Notes: generated from the letters alone by a model not told the origin. Positions 1-13,846 are shown, counted from the first letter of the stretch. The stretch: 64,000 nt of DNA from Eledone cirrhosa (GCA_964016885.1 OZ024745.1:558001-622000), one strand, 5' to 3'. Translations and numbers: made by a program.

Positions 1-2287
1 TGACTGTCAGTAAAGGACCTGGTACTATTGTGGTCTGACTGTCAGTAAAGGACCTGGTACTGCTGTGCTCTGACTGTCAATAAAGGACCTGGTACTGTTG
101 TGGTCTGACTGCCAGTAAAGGACCTGGTACTGTTGTGGTCTGACTGTCAGTAAAGGACCTGGTACTATTGTGGTCTGACTGTCAATAAAGGACCTGGTAC
201 TGTTGTGGTCTGACTGTCAATAAAGGACCTGGTACTGTTGTGGTCTGACTGTCAATAAAGGACCTGGTACTGTTGTGGTCTGACTGTCAGTAAAGGACCT
301 GGTACTATTGTGGTCTGACTGTCAATAAAGGACGTAGTACTGTTGTGGTCTGACTGTCATTAAAGGACCTGGTACTGCTGTGGTCTGACTGTCAATAAAG
401 GACCTGGTACTATTGTGGTCTGACTGTCAATAAAGGACCTGGTACTGTTGTGGTCTAACTGTCAGTAAAGGACCTGGTACTGCTGTGGTCTGACTGTCAA
501 TAAAGGACCTGGTACTATTGTGGTCTGACTGTCAATAAAGGACCTGGTACTGCTGTGGTCTGACTGTCAGTAAAGGACCTGGTACTATTGTGGTCTGACT
601 GTCAATAAAGGACCTGGTACTGTTGTGGTCTGACTGTCAGTAAAGGACCTGGTACTGCTGTGGTCTGACTGTCAATAAAGGACCTGGTACTATTGTGGTC
701 TGACTGTCAATAAAGGACCTGGTACTGCTGTGGTCTGACTGTCAGTAAAGGACCTGGTACTGCTGTGGTCTGACTGTCAGTAAAGGACCTGGTACTATTG
801 TGGTCTGACTGTCAATAAAGGACCTGGTACTGTTGTGGTCTGACTGTCAGTAAAGGACCTGGTACTGCTGTGGTCTGACTGTCAGTAAAGGACCTGGTAC
901 TATTGTGGTCTGACTGTCAATAAAGGACCTGGTACTGCTGTGGTCTGACTGTCAATAAAGGACCTGGTACTGTTGTGGTCTGACTGTCAGTAAAGGACCT
1001 GGTACTATTGTGGTCTGACTGTCAATAAAGGACCTGGTACTGCTGTGGTCTGACTGTCAATAAAAGACCTGGTTCTATTGTGGTCTGACTGTCAGTAAAG
1101 GACCTGGTGCTGTTGTGTCTGACTGTCAGTAAAGGACCTGGTACTGTTGTGTCTGACTGCCAGTAAAGGACCTGGTACTGTTGTGTCTGACTGTCAGTAA
1201 AGGACCTGGTACTGTTGTGTCTGACTGCCAGTAAAGGACCTGGTACTGTTGTGTCTGACTGTCAGTAAAGGACCTGGTATTGTTGTGTCTGACTGCCAGT
1301 AAAGGACCTGGTACTGTTGTGGTCTGACTGTCAATAAAGGACCTGGTACTGTTGTGTCTGACTGTCAGTAAAGGACCTGGTACTGTTTATGGTCTGTCAG
1401 TAAAGGACCTGGTACTATTGTGGTCTGACTGCCTGTAAAGGACCTGGTACTGCTGTGGTCTGACTGCCAGTAAAGGACCTGGTACTGTTGTCTGACTGCC
1501 AGTAAAGGCCCTGGTACTGTTGTCTGACTGCCAGTAAAGGACCTGGTACTGTTGTGGTTGTCAGTAAAGGACCTGGTACTGTTGTGGTCTGACTGTCAGT
1601 AAAGGACCTGGTACTGTTGTGGTCTGACTGTCAGTAAAGGACCTGGTACTGTTGTGGTCTGACTGTCAGTAAAGGACCTGGTACTGTTGTGGTCTGACTG
1701 TCAGTAAAGGACCTGGTACTGTTGTCTGACTGCCAGTAAAGGCCCTGGTACTGTTGTCTGACTGCCAGGAAAGGACCTGGTACTGTTGTGGTCTGACTGT
1801 CAGTAAAGGACCTGGTACTGTTGTGGTCTGACTGCCAGTAAAGGACCTGGTACTGTTGTGGTCTGACTGCCAGTAAAGGACCTGGTACTGTTGTGGTCTG
1901 ACTGCCAGTAAAGGACCTGGTACTGTTGTGGTCTGACTGTCAGTAAAGGACCTGGTACTGTTGTGGTCTGACTGTCAGTAAAGGACCTGGTACTGTTGTG
2001 GTCTGACTGCCAGTAAAGGACCTGGTACTGTTGTGTCTGACTGCCAGTAAAGGACATGGTACTGTTGTGGTCTGACTGCCAGTAAAGGACCTGGTACTGT
2101 TGTGGTCTGACTGCCAGTAAAGGACCTGGTACTGTTGTGGTCTGACTGCCAGTAAAGGACCTGGTACTGTTGTGGTCTGACTGCCAGTAAAGGACCTGGT
2201 ACTGTTGTGGTCTGACTGCCAGTAAAGGACCTGGTACTGTTGTGGTCTGACTGCTAGTAAAGGACATGGTACTGTTGTGGTCTGTCA
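1..2287. repeat. 35-bp minisatellite (TGACTGTCAGTAAAGGACCTGGTACTGTTGTGGTC)n, runs off the window start
   Basis: Tandem units read directly; SNP and 2-4 bp deletion variants; ORF 1800..2288 is its translation. Confidence 0.97.
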
Positions 2288-2644
2288 ACCAACATCTGAT
2301 GTACCCATAGTAGTAACCGGTGTTATGTGTCTGATCTCTTTGCTATGACCGATTAGACAGACCTAATAAAAGGAGACAAACACTTCTCCTTTATAGCCAA
2401 ACTACAATGTTTTCTGCTTCCTTAAACTATCAAGCTGTATACCAACTACACCCAGCCGTACTTCATTCATCTTGCTCTTCACCCATCCAATTTCTGTTCC
2501 TAGAACTCCCTACATTATTTTCTATGGACATGAACCAGCAGAGGTTTAAGCTGAACATAAATTCACTTTTTTCCTCACCAGAGATGACAAAAATATAATT
2601 ATAGACAAAGCTGTTGCAACTGTTGCTAATGATGATAGTATTGC

Positions 2645-2815
2645 CCCCCCCCCCCCACACACACACAACTCATACATACATACACTCATACACACACACT
2701 GTCATACACACACACACACACACACACACACTCTCTTATACACTTATACACACACTCTCACTCTCTCTTATACACACACACACACACACCCACTCTCTTA
2801 TATACACACACACAT
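2645..2815. repeat. (CA)n/(CT)n compound microsatellite
   Basis: Direct reading. Confidence 0.9.
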
Positions 2816-3019
2816 CATCATTGGTGCATACATTACATCTGTACAGGCATGTTATAAACAGTGGTAGGATTAAGGGTGTGAAGATAGTGACAACATGTTT
2901 ATAGAGTGACTAATTATTAAGTCTAAAACGTTAATAAAAACACTCCTTCTAATGTTTCATCCAAAATTAAAACAAAATAAAATTAATAAGAGATGGATAA
3001 AAAATAATGGCCATAAAAT

Positions 3020-3160
3020 GATTTCTAATTGAGGCACAAGACCAGCAATTGTTCTGTTAGTGGTTGGGAGTGATTATATCAACCCCTGTTTTGGTACAGG
3101 GGTTGATATAATCAACAAAGTTGACTTTGGTGTGAATTGAACTCAGAACATAAAGAGGTT
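3020..3160 (-). mobile_element. Degenerate SINE fragment
   Basis: Shares GGCACAAG(A/G)CCAGCAATT, GATTAnATCnACCCC and TTGAACTCAGAAC blocks with copies at 5840-6110 and 41415-41675. Confidence 0.55.
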
Positions 3161-3649
3161 AGGGGCTGTGATTCAGTACTGACTTGGTCTGTGATGACAT
3201 ATTCAACCCTTACTAACAGGGGAAATGGATGCTGAATAAAATAAAGATGAACAGATGTGTAAGCAAGTCAAATAGAATGTCTCAATTCTTGGATTGTATA
3301 CTTAATGTCATAAGTTTTAACACCATTGTCTGACCCTTTGGTGCTGTTAACAAGCATTCAGACTAGGTTTTTTAATCTGAGAATATCAAGATTTTGTTCC
3401 CATTCTCCAACATCTTACAAAAAGGTCTTAGGGACCACCATTTCTCCTAAGTTGATAAAATGAAATTCTTTACCATAATTAATTTCAGTGCCTCAATGTT
3501 CTTATTTCAATTCTCACTAGGGTCAACATTGCTTTTTATCTGTCTAATACAGAATTGATTTATATATTTCTAGCATATTAAGTTTGACTAAATAAGTAAG
3601 AATAATATTTTGATGTCAATACATTGAGTTATAATACATACCTTGTAAA

Positions 3650-3733
3650 CATCTATGTATGTATGTGTGTATGTATGCGTGCATGTGTGTGTGTATTATA
3701 ACTCAATGTATTGACATCAAAATATTCTTCTTC

Positions 3734-3764
<31 letters not shown>

Positions 3765-3834
3765 CATACATACGTATACATACGTATGTATGTATGTAAG
3801 TGTGTATGTATGTATGTATGTATGTATGCGTGCA

Positions 3835-3871
<37 letters not shown>

Positions 3872-3885
3872 ATGTACGTGTGTTG
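3650..3885. repeat. (TACA)n/(TATG)n/(TG)n microsatellites with an orientation switch at ~3775
   Basis: Direct reading. Confidence 0.85.
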
Positions 3886-4680
3886 GGTCGTCGGCGACTA
3901 AACCCCACCAAGTTTACTTGGTGAAGAGGGTGATTTTGGACCCCCTGCAGGACAAAAAACAAAACCTGACAAAGGGCGGAAGAACTCATAAGAGTCAACA
4001 ACCATCCGAAAGTGTATAAATATGTATATACACATGTACCGCGCGGTTAAACTACTGGGAGTGAAGGACCCCTATCCCTTGTCAGGGCGTTCTTCTAGGA
4101 GAAGGCAACTCAGGAAACTGGGATAACTCCGATATAAAACCTGCGGCTCAATAGTTACCGGTGATGTTGATCTTTTCTTCTTTTCGGGTTATAGCTACTG
4201 TCTCTCAGAGAGTGGGATTGGCTCAGTGCACAGTCTTTCCTCACTTTAAAAAATATCTTCACGCACAGGCATTGCACGATAGAATTAATTAATAATTATT
4301 AATAATGGCATATCGTGCAATGGCCATACTCGATAACGAGGGGGCAGCCATCATGTGTGTATGTATGTATGTATGTGTGTGTGTATATATGTATGTATGT
4401 ATATATGTATGTATGTAACCTGTCAAAGGGCAAAGGAGCTCTTAAGAGTCAATGGCCATCCAAAATCACCAGGAGAGATGACCCCTTAGCCTTTGTCAAG
4501 GCAGAATTCTAGGAGAAGGAAAACTCTGATATAACACCTGCAACCCTGATGGTATCCAATGATGTTGACCTGTTCTTCTTTTTGGTAAATATCATCTTGG
4601 TTAAGAGAGTGGGACTGGCTTTGTGCAGTGCCTTTGCTCACTATAAAAGCTTCACGGCACAGGCATTGCTTTATATCTGG
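3885..4680 (+). mobile_element. Two diverged copies of an interspersed repeat (possibly RTE-LINE 5' UTR derived)
   Basis: 4070-4275 resembles 4480-4670 (TTCTAGGAGAAGG.AACTC..ATAT, GATGTTGA, GAGAGTGGGA.TGGCT, GCACAGGCATTGC); family assignment is from memory only. Confidence 0.4.
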
Positions 4681-5047
4681 AGATCTCTCTGCACTTGTCG
4701 TCACATGGTACCATGGGCCCAGCACTATGTGTCAGTAATTGTCACAAGTGTAGTGTTTGTACCAGAGTTGTCAAGTTGCTGGCTGGACTAAAAAGTCACA
4801 CTCGTTCAGCGCATCGGTAGGGGTTCTCCTACATGGATATAAAGTAGTGGCCGTACTCGAAAACGAGTTGGCAGCCACCATGTATGTATGTATGTGTATA
4901 TGTATGTATGTGTGTATGTATGTGTGTGTTTGGTCCCATAACTCCTGATGGAGTTGTAGGGGTACCATAGTGACATATGGCGAATATTTTTAAACCTAGT
5001 AGAGCCCATCTCCTCTCCAAGTCTGAACACAGCAGATTTCTTCCACA

Positions 5048-5745
5048 GAGAGATAGAAAGTGAGAGGAGGTGAGAAAGAAAGATAGAAAGTGAGAGGAGG
5101 TGAGAAAGAGAGATAGAAAGTGAGAGGAGGTGAGAAAGAGAGACAGAAAGTGAGAGGAGGTGAGAAAGAGAGATAGAAAGTGAGAGGAGGTGAGAAAGAG
5201 AGATAGAAAGTGAGAGGAGGTGAGAAAGAGAGATAGAAAGTGAGAAGAGGTGAGAAAGAGAGATAGAAAGTGAGAGGAGGTGAGAAAGAGAGATAGAAAG
5301 TGAGAGGAGGTGAGAAAGAAAGACAGAAAGTGAGAGGAGGTGAGAAAGAGAGATAGAAAGTGAGAGGAGGTGAGAAAGAAAGATAGAAAGTGAGAGGAGG
5401 TGAGAAAGAGAGATAGAAAGTGAGAGGAGGTGAGAAAGAAAGATAGAAAGTGAGAGGAGGTGAGAAAGAGAGATAGAAAGTGAGAGGAGGTGAGAAAGAG
5501 AGATAGAAAATGAGAGGAGGTGAGAAAGAGAGATAGAAAGTGAGAGGGGGTGAGAAAGAGAGATAGAAAGTGAGAGGAGGTGAGAAAGAGAGACAGAAAG
5601 TGAGAGGAGGTGAGAAAGAGAGACAGAAAGTGAGAGGAGGTGAGAAAGAGAGATAGAAAGTGAGAGTTGAGAAAGAGAGATAGAAAGTGAGAGGAGGTGA
5701 GAAAGAGAGATAGAAAGTGAGAGGAGGTGAGAAAGAGAGACAGAA
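5048..5745. repeat. 30-bp polypurine minisatellite (GAGATAGAAAGTGAGAGGAGGTGAGAAAGA)n, ~23 copies
   Basis: Direct reading; explains ORFs 4806..5801 and 4829..5758. Confidence 0.97.
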
Positions 5746-5837
5746 GAATCAACCCCAATACTAGACTGATACTTTTTCTTTTTATCGACCTTGGATTTCA
5801 ACTGAAAAAACTATAACAAAATATGATAATAATAATA

Positions 5838-6110
5838 ATAGTTTCTACTTTAGACACAAGGCCAACAATTTTGGGGGAGGGAAAGTTAATTAAATCGACC
5901 CCAGTGTATTACTGGTTGTTTATTTTATCGACCCCATAAAGATGAAAGACAAAGCTAACCTCAGCAAAGTTTGAACCTAGAACACACAAAGGGTTATAAT
6001 TCTATGCTGTGAAATGTCCGACACTCTACCACTTCTGTCAATAGTAATTGTTTCTACTTTAGGCACAAGGCCAGCAATTATCCAGTGCATTACTGGTACT
6101 TTATTTTCTG
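5838..6110 (-). mobile_element. SINE fragments with (AAT)n tail
   Basis: TTTCTACTTTAG.CACAAGGCCA, ATCGACCCC, TTTGAACCTAGAAC; reverse complement resembles the copy at 41490-41675. Confidence 0.6.
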
Positions 6111-6229
6111 TCAATAGTAATGTAGAGTTATACTGCCAAGTGTTTTACACTAGCTTTACCATTTACCATATAAGAGGTAGAGCTGTGGAGCTACTGTCTA
6201 GTTAGATTATCAGTTTCTTGAGATGATGA

Positions 6230-9200
6230 TGGTGGTGTCTGCAATGGTGGCGGTGATGGTGGCAGTGGTGGTGGCAGTGGTGGTGGCAGTGGTGTCTGCA
6301 GTGGTGGTGGCAGTGGTGTCTGCAGTGGTGGTGGCAGTGGTGTCTGCAGTGGTGGTGGCAGTGGTGGTGGCAGTGGTGTCTGCAGTGGTGGTGGCAGTGG
6401 TGTCTGCAGTGGTGGTGGCAGTGGTGTCTGCAGTGGTGGTGGCAGTGGTGTCTGCAGTGGTGGTGGCAGTGGTGGTGGCAGTGGTGGTGGCAGTGGTGTC
6501 TGCAGTGGTGTCTGCAGTGGTGGTGGCAGTGGTGTCTGCAGTGGTGTCTGCAGTGGTGGTGGCAGTGGTGGTGGCAGTGGTGTCTGCAGTGGTGGTGGCA
6601 GTGGTGGTGGCAGTGGTGTCTGCAGTGGTGGTGGCAGTGGTGTCTGCAGTGGTGGTGGCAGTGGTGGTGGCAGTGGTGGTGGCAGTGGTGGTGGCAGTGG
6701 TGTCTGCAGTGGTGGTGGCAGTGGTGTCTGCAGTGGTGGTGGCAGTGGTGGTGGCAGTGGTGGTGGCAGTGGTGTCTGCAGTGGTGGTGGCAGTGGTGTC
6801 TGCAGTGGTGGTGGCAGTGGTGGTGGCAGTGGTGGTGGCAGTGGTGGTGGCAGTGGTGTCTGCAGTGGTGGTGGCAGTGGTGTCTGCAGTGGTGGTGGCA
6901 GTGGTGGTGGCAGTGGTGTCTGCAGTGGTGGTGGCAGTGGTGGTGGCAGTGGTGGTGGCAGTGGTGTCTGCAGTGGTGGTGGCAGTGGTGTCTGCAGTGG
7001 TGGTGGCAGTGGTGTCTGCAGTGGTGGTGGCAGTGGTGGTGGCAGTGGTGTCTGCAGTGGTGGTGGCAGTGGTGGTGGCAGTGGTGTCTGCAGTGGTGGT
7101 GGCAGTGGTGTCTGCAGTGGTGGTGGCAGTGGTGGTGTCTGCAGTGGTGGTGGCAGTGGTGGTGGCAGTGGTGTTGGCAGTGGTGTCTGCAGTGGTGGTG
7201 GCAGTGGTGTCTGCAGTGGTGGTGGCAGTGGTGGTGGCAGTGGTGTCTGCAGTGGGGGTGGCAGTGGTGGTGGCAGTGGTGTCTGCATTGGTGGTGGCAG
7301 TGGTGGTGGCAGTGGTGTCTGCAGTGGTGGTGGCAGTGGTGTCTGCAGTGGTGGTGGCAGTGGTGTCTGCAGTGGTGGTGGCAGTGGTGTCTGCAGTGGT
7401 GGTGGCAGTGGTGGTGGCAGTGGTGGTGGCAGTGGTGTCTGCAGTGGTGGTGGCAGTGGTGGTGGCAGTGGTGTCTGCAGTGGTGGTGGCAGTGGTGGTG
7501 GCAGTGGTGGTGGCAGTGGTGTCTGCAGTGGTGGTGGCAGTGGTGGTGGCAGTGGTGTCTGCAGTGGTGGTGGCAGTGGTGGTGACAGTGGTGGTGGCAG
7601 TGGTGTCGGCAGTGGTGGTGGCAGTGGTGGTGGCAGTGGTGTCTGCAGTGGTGGTGGCAGTGGTGGTGGCAGTGGTGGTGGCAGTGGTGGTGGCAGTGGT
7701 GGTGGCAGTGGTGTCTGCAGTGGTGGTGGCAGTGGTGGTGGCAGTGGTGTCTGCAGTGGTGGTGGCAGTGGTGGTGGCAGTGGTGGTGGCAGTGGTGTCT
7801 GCAGTGGTGGTGGCAGTGGTGGTGGCAGTGGTGTCTGCAGTGGTGGTGGCAGTGGTGGTGGCAGTGGTGTCTGCAGTGGTGGTGGCAGTGGTGGTGGCAG
7901 TGGTGTCTGCAGTGGTGGTGGCAGTGGTGGTGGCAGTGGTGTCTGCAGTGGTGGTGGCAGTGGTGGTGGCAGTGGTGTCTGCAGTGGTGGTGGCAGTGGT
8001 GGTGGCAGTGGTGGTGGCAGTGGTGGTGGCAGTGGTGGTGGCAGTGGTGGTGGCAGTGGTGTCTGCAGTGGTGGTGGCAGTGGTGGTGGCAGTGGTGTCT
8101 GCAGTGGTGGTGGCAGTGGTGGTGGCAGTGGTGTCTGCAGTGGTGGTGGCAGTGGTGGTGGCAGTGGTGTCTGCAGTGGTGGTGGCAGTGGTGGTGGCAG
8201 TGGTGGTGGCAGTGGTGGTGGCAGTGGTGGTGGCAGTGGTGGTGGCAGTGGTGGTGGCAGTGGTGTCTGCAGTGGTGGTGGCAGTGGTGGTGGCAGTGGT
8301 GTCTGCAGTGGTGGTGGCAGTGGTGGTGGCAGTGGTGGTGGCAGTGGTGTCTGCAGTGGTGGTGGCAGTGGTGGTGGCAGTGGTGTCTGCAGTGGTGGTG
8401 GCAGTGGTGGTGGCAGTGGTGTCTGCAGTGGTGGTGGCAGTGGTGTCTGCAGTGGTGGTGGCAGTGGTGTCTGCAGTGGTGGTGGCAGTGGTGGTGGCAG
8501 TGGTGGTGGCAGTGGTGTCTGCAGTGGTGGTGGCAGTGGTGGTGGCAGTGGTGTCTGCAGTGGTGGTGGCAGTGGTGGTGGCAGTGGTGGTGGCAGTAGT
8601 GTCTGCAGTGGTGGTGGCAGTGGTGGTGGCAGTGGTGGTGGCAGTGGTGGTGGCAGTGGTGTCTGCAGTGGTGGTGGCAGTGGTGGTGGCAGTGGTGGTG
8701 GCAGTGGTGGTGGCAGTGGTGTCTGCAGTGGTGGTGGCAGTGGTGGTGGCAGTGGTGTCTGCAGTGGTGGTGGCAGTGGTGGTGGCAGTGGTGGTGGCAG
8801 TGGTGGTGGCAGTGGTGTCTGCAGTGGTGGTGGCAGTGGTGGTGGCAGTGGTGGTGGCAGTGGTGGTGGCAGTGGTGGTGGCAGTGGTGTCTGCAGTGGT
8901 GTCTGCAGTGGTGGTGGCAGTGGTGGTGGCAGTGGTGGTGGCAGTGGTGGTGGCAGTGGTGGTGGCAGTGGTGGTGGCAGTGGTGTCTGCAGTGGTGGTG
9001 GCAGTGGTGGTGGCAGTGGTGTCTGCAGTGGTGGTGGCAGTGGTGGTGACAGTGGTGGTGGCAGTGGTGTCGGCAGTGGTGGTGGCAGTGGTGGTGGCAG
9101 TGGTGTCTGCAGTGGTGGTGGCAGTGGTGGTGGCAGTGGTGGTGGCAGTGGTGGTGGCAGTGGTGGTGGCAGTGGTGTCTGCAGTGGTGGTGGCAGTGGT

Positions 9201-10457
9201 GGTGGCAGTGGTGTCTGCAGTGGTGGTGGCAGTGGTGGTGGCAGTGGTGGTGGCAGTGGTGTCTGCAGTGGTGGTGGCAGTGGTGGTGGCAGTGGTGTCT
9301 GCAGTGGTGGTGGCAGTGGTGGTGGCAGTGGTCGTGGCAGTGGTGGTGGCAGTGGTGTCTGCAGTGGTGGTGGCAGTGGTGGTGGCAGTGGTGGTGGCAG
9401 TGGTGGTGGCAGTGGTGTCTGCAGTGGTGGTGGCAGTGGTGGTGGCAGTGGTGGTGGCAGTGGTGTCTGCAGTGGTGGTGGCAGTGGTGGTGGCAGTGGT
9501 GTCTGCAGTGGTGGTGGCAGTGGTGGTGGCAGTGGTGGTGGCAGTGGTGTCTGCAGTGGTGGTGGCAGTGGTGGTGGCAGTGGTGTCTGCAGTGGTGGTG
9601 GCAGTGGTGGTGGCAGTGGTGTCTGCAGTGGTGGTGGCAGTGGTGGTGGCAGTGGTGTCTGCAGTGGTGGTGGCAGTGGTGGTGGCAGTGGTGGTGGCAG
9701 TGGTGGTGGCAGTGGTGGTGGCAGTGGTGGTGGCAGTGGTGTCTGCAGTGGTGGTGGCAGTGGTGGTGGCAGTGGTGTCTGCAGTGGTGGTGGCAGTGGT
9801 GGTGGCAGTGGTGGTGGCAGTGGTGTCTGCAGTGGTGGTGGCAGTGGTGGTGGCAGTGGTGTCTGCAGTGGTGGTGGCAGTGGTGGTGGCAGTGGTGTCT
9901 GCAGTGGTGGTGGCAGTGGTGTCTGCAGTGGTGGTGGCAGTGGTGTCTGCAGTGGTGGTGGCAGTGGTGGTGGCAGTGGTGGTGGCAGTGGTGTCTGCAG
10001 TGGTGGTGGCAGTGGTGGTGGCAGTGGTGTCTGCAGTGGTGGTGGCAGTGGTGGTGGCAGTGGTGGTGGCAGTAGTGTCTGCAGTGGTGGTGGCAGTGGT
10101 GGTGGCAGTGGTGGTGGCAGTGGTGGTGGCAGTGGTGTCTGCAGTGGTGGTGGCAGTGGTGGTGGCAGTGGTGGTGGCAGTGGTGTCTGCAGTGGTGGTG
10201 GCAGTGGTGGTGGCAGTGGTGTCTGCAGTGGTGGTGGCAGTGGTGGTGGCAGTGGTGGTGGCAGTGGTGGTGGCAGTGGTGTCTGCAGTGGTGGTGGCAG
10301 TGGTGGTGGCAGTGGTGGTGGCAGTGGTGGTGGCAGTGGTGGTGGCAGTGGTGTCTGCAGTGGTGTCTGCAGTGGTGGTGGCAGTGGTGGTGGCAGTGGT
10401 GGTGGCAGTGGTGGTGGCAGTGGTGGTGGCAGTGGTGGTGGCAGTGGTGTCTGCAGT
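6230..10457. repeat. 12-bp two-variant minisatellite (GCAGTGGTGGTG / GCAGTGGTGTCT), ~350 units
   Basis: Direct reading; unit length divisible by 3 and stop-free, giving the 1417 and 1429 aa ORFs. Confidence 0.98.
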
Positions 10458-11559
10458 GAAGCCCTATTTTGTTTAGACAAACTTTTTTTTTCTTGTATTA
10501 TTTAAATAATGTCATCTTCAAATGCTGACATCTACACAAATATCAGATATAAAATATCAAATTCTGCTGAGTTCTGTAGATTCTCCATTGTTGTTGATGA
10601 GCTGCAGGTCAGCCTTCATCAAGCAGATCTACAAAGACATTCAAGCCATAACCATTCTAAGACTACATTATCCAATGTATCCTTCCTATTTTCAGACAGT
10701 AGAATATGGTTTGAGGGAATTCCATTGTTACTTCTATCAAGTCAAACAATTGTGTAGCTGCTTCTGTGTTGGTTTGATGTATTCCATGTTGTTATATTTA
10801 GAAGTATATATTAGTCTAGATGGAATTCAGCAGAGTTGGGTTCTGACATTTAAGCTGGGATTTGCCAACAAAGGAGTGAAGTTTAGAGTTAGAACTTTAA
10901 GCTTTTCAGAGCTATTGTGTTGTGTTTTTTAATGTTAAATAACATTTGAGTGAGCAGCTGAAATTGTTTTAGACATTTGTGATTATTTCATGGGAACGGT
11001 GGTGATATTTGTTTTTTATTTATTTTAAATATATTTTCCTACAGTCACGACCACCACAATGAACAACATAACCATCATCAGGTCCAATGTTTTACTTTTT
11101 GCCAGCCAATGTTGAATAAAACATAGATGGCAAATCAACAGTCATTAGAACATCAGATAGAATGCTTTACAGTAAAGGTTCTCAACAGGGGCATTTTGGA
11201 ACTCCAGGGGGTGTTTTGGAGCAAGGGGACATCAGGGGGGGGGGGGGCACTGTAAGGGTCTTTTATAAGCTATATTTGTATGTCTCTGAGACAGCATTTG
11301 AATGAGCATGCAAACAGCATAACTATGGTCTGACCGCAGCTGTAAGCAGGTGTGCAGGCGTGTCTAGAGATCCTAAAATGGAAAAACCCACAGTCAACTG
11401 GGTCAAGGACACTTTGAGTGAGCCGGTTAGAATCTTGTCTTTCCTTTACCGATAACAATCTATTTCATGTCTGAAATTATTGACTCAACTGTAACGAGTT
11501 AACACTACGTAGATCTATTTTATTCCCTATTGTATAAATAATATTACAAATACAAACAC

Positions 11560-12778
11560 AGAAGCGGGTAGCACACACATCTAGGACCACATACAACACA
11601 TAAGCAGGTAATACACACATCTAGGACCACATACAACAAATAAGCAGATAATACACACATCTAGGACCACATACAACACATAAGGAGGTAACACACACAT
11701 CTAGGACCACATACAACACAATCAGGTAATACATACATCTAGGACCACATACAACGCACAAGCAGGTAATACACACATCTAGGACTACATACAACACATA
11801 AGCAGGTAATACAAACATCTAGGACCACATACATCACATAAACAGGTAATACACACATCTAGGACCACATACAACACACAAGCAGGTAGTACACACATCT
11901 AGGACCACATACAACACATAAGCAGGTAATACAAACATCTAGGACCACATACATCACATAAACAGGTAATACACACATCTAGGACCACATACAACACAAT
12001 CAGGTAATACATACATCTAGGACCACATACAATGCACAAGCAGGTAATACACACATCTAGGACTACATACAACACATAAGCAGGTAATACAAACATCTAG
12101 GACCACATACAACACATAAACAGGTAATACACACATCTAGGACCACATACAACACAATCAGGTAATACACACATCTAGGACCACATACAACACATAAGCA
12201 GGTAATACACACATCTAGGACCACATACAACACAATCAGGTAATACATACATCTAGGACCACATACAACACAATCAGGTAATACACACATCTAGGACCAC
12301 ATACAACACAATCAGGTAATACACACATCTAGGACCACATACAACACAATCAGGTAATACATACATCTGGGACCACATACAACACACAAGCAGGTAATAC
12401 ACACATCTAGGACCACATACAACACAATCAGGTAATACATACATCTAGGACCACATACAACACATAAGCAGGTAATACACACATCTAGGACCACATACAA
12501 CACAATCAGGTAATACACACATCTAGGACCACATACAACACAATCAGGTAATACACACATCTAGGACCACATACAACACAATCAGGTAATACACACATCT
12601 AGGACCACATACAACACAATCAGGTAATACATACATCTGGGACCACATACAACACACAAGCAGGTAATACATACAGCTGGGACCACATGCAATACATAAG
12701 CAGGTAATACATACATCTAGGACTACATACAACACACAGGCAGGTAATATATACATCTAGGACTACATACAACACACA
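11560..12778. repeat. 37-39 bp minisatellite (ACACATCTAGGACCACATACAACACATAAGCAGGTAAT-like) inside the hAT element
   Basis: Direct reading, about 31 units. Confidence 0.95.
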
Positions 12779-13846
12779 TTGTATCATGTGCTACGGACGA
12801 TGCAAGAGCAATGGTCAGCCAACAAGGGTTTCGTCATTCTTCTGAAGAGAGAAAATCTATCTGTATTTGCTGTTCATTGTGTCATTCATCGACAACACTT
12901 GGCTGCGAAGAAACTGAGTGAGCCGCTGAGCAAGTCCTTGCAGGTGGCCATTGATGTCATCAATTTTATCAAACACCATTCCCTCAATGAACGAATTTTT
13001 CAGCAACTGTGCCAAGATAATGATGAAGAATTCGTCAAGTTGCTCCTTCATACTGAAGTGAGGTGGCTTTCAAAGGGCAAGTGCCTTACTCACTTCTTTG
13101 AACTCTTTGACTCTATCATTGAGTTTCTTCGAGGACGCAACACAGAACTGTACAAGAAAACCCTCGATGTGAGGCAAGACTGCGCCTACCTCGTTAACAT
13201 CTTCGACAAATGCAATAGCATCATTATGGCTTTGCAGGGGAAGAAGATCACCTTGCTTAAAGCAAGGAATGCTGTGAAAACATTCCTGGCCAAATTGAAT
13301 GTCATCGAAAGGAATCTTTGTTGACGGGAATTCCATAATTTTTCTAGTGTCGCCAATGTTCAAAACATTGTAAGCGATGACCAACTCCAAATTTATACCG
13401 CTCACCTCCGTGCACTACAAGACAACATGAGAGAACGGTTTGTTGAGCTTTTGCCGATGGACATCCCAATGTGGATAGCAGATCCCTTCATAGCTACTGT
13501 CAACGATTTGGACGTTAAATTTCAGGAAGAATTCATTGAACTTCAATCAGATGACATGATCAAAATTAGATTTCCCAAAATAGGTGAACCCCTTTTTTGG
13601 ATGCAAGAGGAAATTCAGCGTCGATTTCCACTCCTACATGCAGAGGCTAAGAGATTTGCTCTGCCTTTTCCAAGTTCATACTTAGTTGAGAGGAGGTTTG
13701 GTGCTGTTTCCAGACTGCACAGTAAGTCTCGCAACCGCTACAATATAATTACCCGTGGAGATCGCTGGCTACATCTTACGAAAATTCAGCCTCACGTCAA
13801 AGAGTTAGCTAGACTCCATGAAGCCAAGGGTTCCACATTGAAATGA
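12779..13846 (+). pseudogene. hAT transposase C-terminal part (ZBED8/ZBED5/Buster-like), 5'-deleted, one in-frame TGA at 13322-13324
   Basis: Motifs HCVIHRQHLA (CxxH), LLLHTEVRWLSKG, PFPSSYLVERRF; ORFs 12779..13324 and 13427..13846 are in the same frame. Confidence 0.92.

Noticed and set aside
4806-5801. 331 and 309 aa ORFs
   Set aside because: Translations of the 30-bp purine minisatellite
6191-10480. 1429-aa Pro-rich and 1417-aa Val/Ala-rich ORFs as genes
   Set aside because: They follow automatically from a stop-free 12-bp repeat; there is no synonymous divergence and no flanking domain
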